Below, one piece after another: positions 57,733 to 64,000 of a stretch of DNA of 64,000 nt. The position numbers were made by a program, and so were the translations under genes. The stretch spans positions 1-64,000 of the forward strand of contig NW_027191456.1 in the NCBI RefSeq assembly GCF_011745625.1, in the 5' to 3' direction. This stretch comes from Cladosporium halotolerans. Taxonomy: Eukaryota. The stretch's first letter is position 1. Every line of letters starts with the position of its first letter. The notes under the pieces were generated by a model. It made no database searches. It was not told the origin of the DNA and saw only the letters and a program-made list of their open reading frames with translations.

Positions 57733-59478
57733 CTACAAGTAGTACACACGGCCCTCAAATGGCTTGAACGACTTGCTCTCACAGTCTTTGTGTGTCTGCG
57801 CAATCACCTTCGCCTCCGCATCGACCTCATACGGCGGCTCGCCCTCCTCTTTTGACAAATTGATGACCACGATCGCCTGGCTCTCGCCGCTAGACTTCCT
57901 ATAGACCAAGAAATTCTCGCTCTCAAGATCCACGAATTCGAAGTCGCCGTAAACAAACAGCTCCTTGTGCTCCTTACGGAAAGCGATCATGTTCGTCCAG
58001 AACGAAAAGACGCTGTCGGCATCATTGACCTGATCCGCGAGGTTGATGTCGAGGTTAGCGGCAGGCGTCCATGTCGAGGAGTTGGAGCTGAAACCACCAG
58101 TCCGGTCCCAGTTGAACGGCGAGCGGGCGTTGTCGCGCGCAAGACGGGTCAAGTTGTACAGCGCCCCGGAAGTATTGCCGCCGCTGGCGACGACGCCGTC
58201 GTAGTACTTGATGCTGTTGGCGTCCTGGTAATCGTCGATCGTCCAGTTGCTGGGGACATTGATCATGCCGAGCTCCTGGCCCTGGTATACGAAAAGCGTG
58301 CCGGAGAGGGTGGTGAGCAGCATGGAGAGGGCCTTGCCGCTTTGCACGCGATGCTGCGGCGAGTCGTCGCCGAAGCGGCTGATGGAGCGCGGCAGGTCGT
58401 GGTTCTCGAGGTAGACGCTGTTCCAGCCGTCGCCGACGGCACGGCTGCCGGCCGCCTGCGTGAAGTTGATCGCGTCGCGCCAACCGGTCAGGTTCCAGGC
58501 TGTGGGCATGTAGCCGTCGCGGCCGATGTCGCACATGTTGGTCAGGAACATCGAGTTGACTTCTTTGCGGGATGCGCCGATGTACTGTTGGACGGAAGTC
58601 ATGTTGTCGGACATGCCGTACTCGCCAACCGTGAAGGTGTCGCGGCCTGCGAGACACTCGCGGGTCATCTCCTGCAGATACTCGTGCTCGTGTGGCCCGT
58701 CGTTGTAGAGGGGCCGGGCGTCCTGGAGGCCGGTCTCGTTGGTCGGCACGTCTGGGAGACCCTCGGGCTTAGAGAAAATGGAGAAGGCGTCCATGCGGAA
58801 GCCGTCGATTCCGAGATCAAGCCAGTAGTTCAGTGCGTCATGGTAGATGGCCTGGCGGTTGGTCGCGTCATCCCAGTTCATGTCTGGTTGGAAATCGTTG
58901 AAGAGACCGAGGTAGTACTCTCCGGTGCGGTTGTCGTAGTGCCAAGCGCTGCCACCATTGCTGCTGGCCCAGTTGTTGGGGGGAGCCATCGTTCCATTCG
59001 GAAGCATCTTCGGCTCGCGCCAAAAATATCTGTCACGGAGGCTGCTGTTCTTGCTGCTTGCACTGTCCTCGAACCAGCTGTGCTGGTTGCTGGAGTGGTT
59101 GATGACAAGGTCGAAAAGACAGCGCATGCCGCGTCCGTGGACTTCGGAGATGAACTCTTTGATGTCGTCCAAGCTGCCTCCGAAGATCTCGTTCACAGAT
59201 GTGTAGTTGCTGATGTCGTAGCCCATGTCCTTCAGAGGGGAATCGTAGAAAGGAGACAACCACACAATGTCGGCGCCGAGCTGCTGAATGTGGCCGAGCT
59301 TGCTGGTGATGCCTTTGATGTCACCCCAGCCAATGGAGTTGTTACTCCGGCTCTCTGTGAAGCTGGCAGGGTATACCTGATAGACGACACCCTCTTTCCA
59401 CCATTCGTGGGTATGGTTGCTAGCCGCATTGGCTAGCGTGGATGCTGCAACGAGCAGAGAAGGGGTGAGAAGATGCAT
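57733..59478 (-). CDS. GH13 alpha-glucosidase / oligo-1,6-glucosidase with signal peptide
   Basis: WWKEGVVYQVYPASF, DMGYDISNY, DLVINHSS, PPNNW, GFRMDA (nucleophile), TVGEY (acid/base), LENHD, YQGQELGM, RDNARSP; N-terminal MHLLTPSLLVAASTLANA. Confidence 0.95.
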   Translation of the reverse strand: MHLLTPSLLVAASTLANAASNHTHEWWKEGVVYQVYPASFTESRSNNSIGWGDIKGITSKLGHIQQLGADIVWLSPFYDSPLKDMGYDISNYTSVNEIFGGSLDDIKEFISEVHGRGMRCLFDLVINHSSNQHSWFEDSASSKNSSLRDRYFWREPKMLPNGTMAPPNNWASSNGGSAWHYDNRTGEYYLGLFNDFQPDMNWDDATNRQAIYHDALNYWLDLGIDGFRMDAFSIFSKPEGLPDVPTNETGLQDARPLYNDGPHEHEYLQEMTRECLAGRDTFTVGEYGMSDNMTSVQQYIGASRKEVNSMFLTNMCDIGRDGYMPTAWNLTGWRDAINFTQAAGSRAVGDGWNSVYLENHDLPRSISRFGDDSPQHRVQSGKALSMLLTTLSGTLFVYQGQELGMINVPSNWTIDDYQDANSIKYYDGVVASGGNTSGALYNLTRLARDNARSPFNWDRTGGFSSNSSTWTPAANLDINLADQVNDADSVFSFWTNMIAFRKEHKELFVYGDFEFVDLESENFLVYRKSSGESQAIVVINLSKEEGEPPYEVDAEAKVIAQTHKDCESKSFKPFEGRVYYL

Positions 59479-60520
59479 AATGAGATGCTACTGATGTCTC
59501 GCCTCAAAATCAATCTGGCAGCTTCCAGCAGCCATATATATGCCGCCGTGGCATCCATTGCTGTTGATCGTCCATCGTCATAGTCGCTGCACCGTGATAG
59601 CGCCGAGTCCCACAGATCCCAGTTGAGGAACCACGGAGAACGTGGGCACTCCACGAGGAGGGGACGACCAGCGAGCCTATGGCGTGAAGATGTAGACAGA
59701 CCGGCACGACCGGCTCCAATTGTGCCCGCGGGACGATTCTGGAGACGTGGAGATCGTGAGGGTCAGAAATTACCCCATTGGAACAGTTTCCCCGGTAGCG
59801 CTGAGGTCGCCGAAATGCTCGCTGGAAGGGACGGGAGATTCTAGCGGGTCGAACAAGAGCGTCCACCAGTCATCGTTTGGAAGCCTATGGCATCGTACGG
59901 TTTTTCCAGCTCTCTCCGGTAGGTATCATATTCACAAAATCTATAGGAAAGGGTAGTACTCTAAGCTGAGATCCAGGTTACGGAGAGGCTCCTGAACCGT
60001 TAATAATAAAAGGTATTTCCCACGTAAATAAATACATTACCGTACTACCATCCCTGCTAGACTCCCAAAGAGGACTTTGCGGCGGAGAGCCTACTCGCTG
60101 ACAGGCCACAATTCTTCAGTTAAGCGGTGGGTACAACCTTGAAGACATTCCACTATGTAAGCCAAGAGTGATGGGTCGCGCACCGGTCAACGTGTGCCGT
60201 GGTGTCTCGGCTGGAGGGGACAGCGAACGAAGCATCGACTACAACGCGTTTTATAGTACAGCGAATGTTCCTTACTCTCAAGAGAAAATTTAGTCTTGAT
60301 GACTAGAGGAAAAGGTAGTAGCATAGAATTCCTCTTTCTTCCAGAGAATCAAGATACAACAGAGGTGGTTAACTTCATAGAACTCAAATCTTCAGATGAG
60401 CGATGGATCTCGTGAGACAGTCTTCTCTAATGAATCTGCATACTGTACAGGGCGCGTCTCGTACGTACATGCATGGTAACATAAGAAGGCATTCTACTTT
60501 GAAACTCCATAGCTTCACAT

Positions 60521-62581
60521 CTACAAATACCTCCCATAAGCCCACCTAATCCTCTCAACTCCCCTCCGCTGCCTCTCAACCCCACTCCTAACATCACACA
60601 CCTCCTCAACATCCTCACAAAATTCCCTGAAAACCACAGCAGGCATGACCCTGCCCGCCGCCTGCCTCAGCACGTGCGCCTCGCAAAGCAGCAAGCCCTG
60701 GTCCTTGTAGTACAGCTCGCCAAACTCCGTCGGGTGGGAGGTGGTCAGGATGCGGTCGATGTTGCGCAGCTGGCGCAGCATCTTGCCCTGGCGGCGGGCG
60801 GCGCGCGCCCCGCGCTTCTGTGTCAGCGATGCGCGCAGCCAGCTGCCCAGGAAGTAGGAGATGAGGATGCCCGGGGTGAGGCCGATGAAGCCGAAGACGA
60901 GCTCTTGGGATTTGAGCAGGTTGTCGATGCCGCCGATGGCGACCTCGACGTCGACCTTGGTTTTCTGGATCTGGATGAGGAGGGCGCGGATGAGGTTGCC
61001 GCGCACGGTGCCCATGAGGGGCGAGGCGAGGTCCTTCTCGTAGGCCTTGAGGACGGGGGTGAGGTCGCCTTCGCGGACGCGGAGGCGGAGGTCGACGATC
61101 TCGGTGTCGGTCAGGCGGGCGGTGGAGCCGGTTGCAGAGGCGTTGGAGGGATTGTCGATGGCGAAGTCGACCACCATGCGCTCGAGACTGTCGCGGTCGC
61201 CTTCCAGGGAGCGCTTGGACATGATGCTGACCTCGCTGCCTTCGTCGTGGCGGATGGTCTTGATGAGTTGGCGAGTCGGCTCGACCACCCAGTTGCGCCA
61301 GAAGTCGATAGTTGTTGTTCCCAGATCCTGAATCCACTGCACAATCTCAGCGCGGCGATTGGTCAAGATGCGCAGAACCGTGCTGGACGACAGAATGCCC
61401 ACCGTAACCGGCAGCCAGAATCTTACCAGCCGCGAAGGCCTCCCGTGTTCTTTGACAGCCAGCCTCGACGATTCTTGGTACTGCGTGAAGGCGAATGCAA
61501 GAATCCGGTTCAGCCTCTCGGCTACCGCCTGCGGCGAAACAGTCTGCTCACCAGCATTGCCAGCCTCATCATACGTCTCGCCGTCCAGCAAAGGATCGTC
61601 CTCCGTGATCTCCGCAATCGCAGCATCGAACTTCTCCACCGGTGTCTCAGCATCATTCACCTTCAGCAACACCGCCTCCACCAACGCAACATTCCTCGCC
61701 ACGCTCCTCTTCCACCTCTGCTGCCCGTCCTCCCTCGGCGTCGCCAACCCATCCCCATGCGCGCTCTCATTCGCCAGCCCCTCGCCCAGCAACACGCCCA
61801 GCGCATTCGCATTCCTAACCCTCAACCTCCTCAGCGCAGCCTGCTTCCTTCTCACCTCCCCCCTAACCTTAACAACCGGCCCCAACGCCCCCTCCCTCAA
61901 CCCCACAACCCTCCTCTCCCTCACAACCGTCCTAACAACCCCATAAAACCGCCCCCACTGTTCCGCAACCCCCTCCTGCGCCTCCCTGCCCGCAGCCGCA
62001 AACGTAAAACCCTCGCTCCGCCGCCTCGCATCCTCCCAAACCCCACACCCCCACTCCCAGACCCGCCCCGGCGCGCTCTGCACAGCCCACAGCGCCGTCC
62101 AGCGCCGCGAGCCGACGACTTCGTCCCAGTACCACACGTCGTCCGCCAGCGCGACCGTGCTGTCCAGCACGCCCTGCAGCGCGAGCCCGTAGACCTGCGT
62201 CGTCGCTTTGGAGACGAGGAGCCATTCGAGCTCGCGCTCGGCGTCCGCCTGCGTCTGCGTGTGTTGGGGCTGGGAGGCTGGTGATGGGTGGGGCGCGACG
62301 GCGGCGAGCGCGGCGCGGATGGTGCTGGGTGTTGCGAGGGAGGCTCTGCGGTCGGAGACGGGCGCGGAGAGGGTGCGGAGGGCGGTTTGGAGGGCGCTGA
62401 GGCGGGGTGGGAGGGATATGTGGTGGTGTTGGGGTTGTTCTTGCTCTTGGTCTTGCTCTTCTTGGGACAAGGTCGTGAGGAGGCCGGATGTGGAGGATGG
62501 GTGTGTGAGCGCGGCGTTGGAGAGTTGTAGGCGGTCGAGCTGGGCGTCGATGCGCGCGCAGTGGTCGGTAATGAAGCTCAT
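60521..62581 (-). CDS. NCA2: NCA2 (nuclear control of ATPase) family mitochondrial protein
   Basis: ELEWLLVSKAT, WYWDEV, GRPSRLVRFW, FWRNWVVEP, SLERMVVDFA, LIRALLIQIQKTKVDVEVAIGGIDNLLKSQELVFG. Confidence 0.9.
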   Translation of the reverse strand: MSFITDHCARIDAQLDRLQLSNAALTHPSSTSGLLTTLSQEEQDQEQEQPQHHHISLPPRLSALQTALRTLSAPVSDRRASLATPSTIRAALAAVAPHPSPASQPQHTQTQADAERELEWLLVSKATTQVYGLALQGVLDSTVALADDVWYWDEVVGSRRWTALWAVQSAPGRVWEWGCGVWEDARRRSEGFTFAAAGREAQEGVAEQWGRFYGVVRTVVRERRVVGLREGALGPVVKVRGEVRRKQAALRRLRVRNANALGVLLGEGLANESAHGDGLATPREDGQQRWKRSVARNVALVEAVLLKVNDAETPVEKFDAAIAEITEDDPLLDGETYDEAGNAGEQTVSPQAVAERLNRILAFAFTQYQESSRLAVKEHGRPSRLVRFWLPVTVGILSSSTVLRILTNRRAEIVQWIQDLGTTTIDFWRNWVVEPTRQLIKTIRHDEGSEVSIMSKRSLEGDRDSLERMVVDFAIDNPSNASATGSTARLTDTEIVDLRLRVREGDLTPVLKAYEKDLASPLMGTVRGNLIRALLIQIQKTKVDVEVAIGGIDNLLKSQELVFGFIGLTPGILISYFLGSWLRASLTQKRGARAARRQGKMLRQLRNIDRILTTSHPTEFGELYYKDQGLLLCEAHVLRQAAGRVMPAVVFREFCEDVEEVCDVRSGVERQRRGVERIRWAYGRYL

Positions 62582-63571
62582 GGTGTGGGTTGAGATCCTT
62601 CAGATAGATTGATGGCTCCGTTTCGTCGCTATGATTTACGGCCTCAAGGATCCCTGTAGGAGTAGAAACAAGAAGCAGTCCAGTCCAGACAATAGCCAAA
62701 GGCCGGAAAGTCGAATCGAAGTAAGGTCAGAACTAGCTCTGCACTACCTCGCACCTCGCCATGCCTTGATGTGACGTTTCTACCAAGCGAAGCGCAGTAG
62801 TAGAAGTGCCGCCGTGTAGGTAAACAGATGGATACAAGGACGTGTTTATCCGCGGTCGAGGCTCCGACGTGCAGTGTGTACTGTAATTGTACGGTACGTG
62901 AAGCTCGGGCCCGGGTCAGCTTTCCCAGCTGCGCAACGGCGCATGACGTCTGCATGACTGGCAGCAGCTGACACGTCCCATGGATTTGGCGCGCGCATAA
63001 GTGTTTTGTGCTTTTGTTTGGGTTTTCCCTGATATTCTAAGCATCAAAACGTTACTTGCATGCGATTGCTACATACGCGAAAAGATGCCTATCAGTTGCA
63101 CGATTTTCTCGGGTCCCTCCGCAGTGCACCAGACACAAGCTCGCAGGTCGCGTAGCACCTGAGATTCATCCAAACACTCCACACGGGACATGAGAACGAA
63201 CGAAGGACGACTTCCCTTGATATGGAAGTGCTCAATTAAAGAACACACTAGGCCGATGCTACCTATCACTGTGGCTCGTAATACAATTTTCTTTAGGTTT
63301 CAGAACCCGCGAGAGTGGACAAAATTCCAAGCCTCCGAAGACGAGACCGACCGACCAAACAGCCCACTTAAAACTCCGCGCAAATGCAAATGACTGGGAT
63401 CAGACCCCCATTAGATCCAACCCGCCACAGACTCTGAAGTTCGGGGCAACTTCGAGAACACGAGCACGAAAGATGCTTTTCCCCACTTCCACTGCAGAAG
63501 AGCCGCGTACGAAGAATAGCGCCGACGTGGCAGCAGGCGAGACACACAGACAGACAAGATGAGGAAGGCGC

Positions 63572-64000
63572 TCACGCAGCTTTCTTGGCCTTGAGAGCCC
63601 TGCGCTCACGCCTGCGCTTGGCGGCCTCGGGTCCACTCTCGGTGTCGAGCAGCCAGTCCCACCACACGAAAGATGAGGAATAGTTGCCGATGAACTTCTC
63701 GTGGTGAACGTCGTGGTGGTGGGCGCCGGCCCAGACGGGGAGGAAGTGGTGCAGAGACCAGGGGAACTCGTAGCCGGAGTGCGAGTCGATGGCCTGGAAA
63801 ACGCGCAGCACGATCCACACGTACATGGTCAGGATGTGCAGGTCCTTGGTGATGGCGCACCACAGGATGGGCGTGCCGACCGTGCCCAGGCCGAGGATCA
63901 TGACTTCGATGGGCGAGGCGTACTCGGCCGCGAGGCCGAAGGGCGCGGAGTATTGGTGGTGGATCTTGTGGATGTTCTTGTACAAAGGGCCCCAGTGCAT
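63572..64000 (-). CDS. ERG25: C-4 methylsterol oxidase, 3' part (gene extends beyond the window)
   Basis: [40 protein letters not shown] histidine boxes, GNYSSSF. Confidence 0.93.
   Translation of the reverse strand: MHWGPLYKNIHKIHHQYSAPFGLAAEYASPIEVMILGLGTVGTPILWCAITKDLHILTMYVWIVLRVFQAIDSHSGYEFPWSLHHFLPVWAGAHHHDVHHEKFIGNYSSSFVWWDWLLDTESGPEAAKRRRERRALKAKKAA

Noticed and set aside
57967..59436. 489-aa plus-strand ORF
   Set aside because: Antisense shadow of the GH13 gene.
60674..62284. 536-aa plus-strand ORF
   Set aside because: Antisense shadow of NCA2 caused by high GC3; no recognisable motifs.
1..64000. Intact transposon or Starship element
   Set aside because: No transposase, reverse transcriptase, tyrosine recombinase, LTRs or terminal inverted repeats recognised.

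Overview
Eukaryotic, fungal window. The short GT-AG introns with CTRAC branch points, two Zn2Cys6 transcription factors and a fused TrpA-TrpB point to a filamentous ascomycete; Dothideomycete-like is inference only. About 27 protein genes or relics are supportable. Housekeeping genes: WDR62/MAPKBP1-like WD40 protein, acetyl-CoA synthetase, ADAM protease, mitochondrial GatC/Gta3, tryptophan synthase, IDO, Trf4/Cid14, NCA2, ERG25. Accessory genes: SDR, three MDR oxidoreductases, sugar/quinate porter, GFA-domain protein, MmgE/PrpD, aconitase X, secreted GH13. Top observation: a head-to-head pair at 25.0-28.4 kb of a caspase-fold (His-Cys) protease and a multi-exon gasdermin-like pore-former with an acidic C-terminal tail. 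The pair resembles a fungal proteolytic cell-death module, and the gasdermin-like allele appears inactivated (in-frame TAA plus a frameshift). Other observations: a divergent adenine deaminase / allantoate-permease pseudogene pair with both 5' ends missing, a non-canonical tRNA-like Pol III unit (~37.76-37.96 kb), possible alternative C-termini for Trf4 followed by a tandem TACTAAC array, a possible non-AUG mitochondrial extension on AcnX, and two small spliced genes absent from the ORF track. All family calls come from motif recognition by eye; no searches were run.
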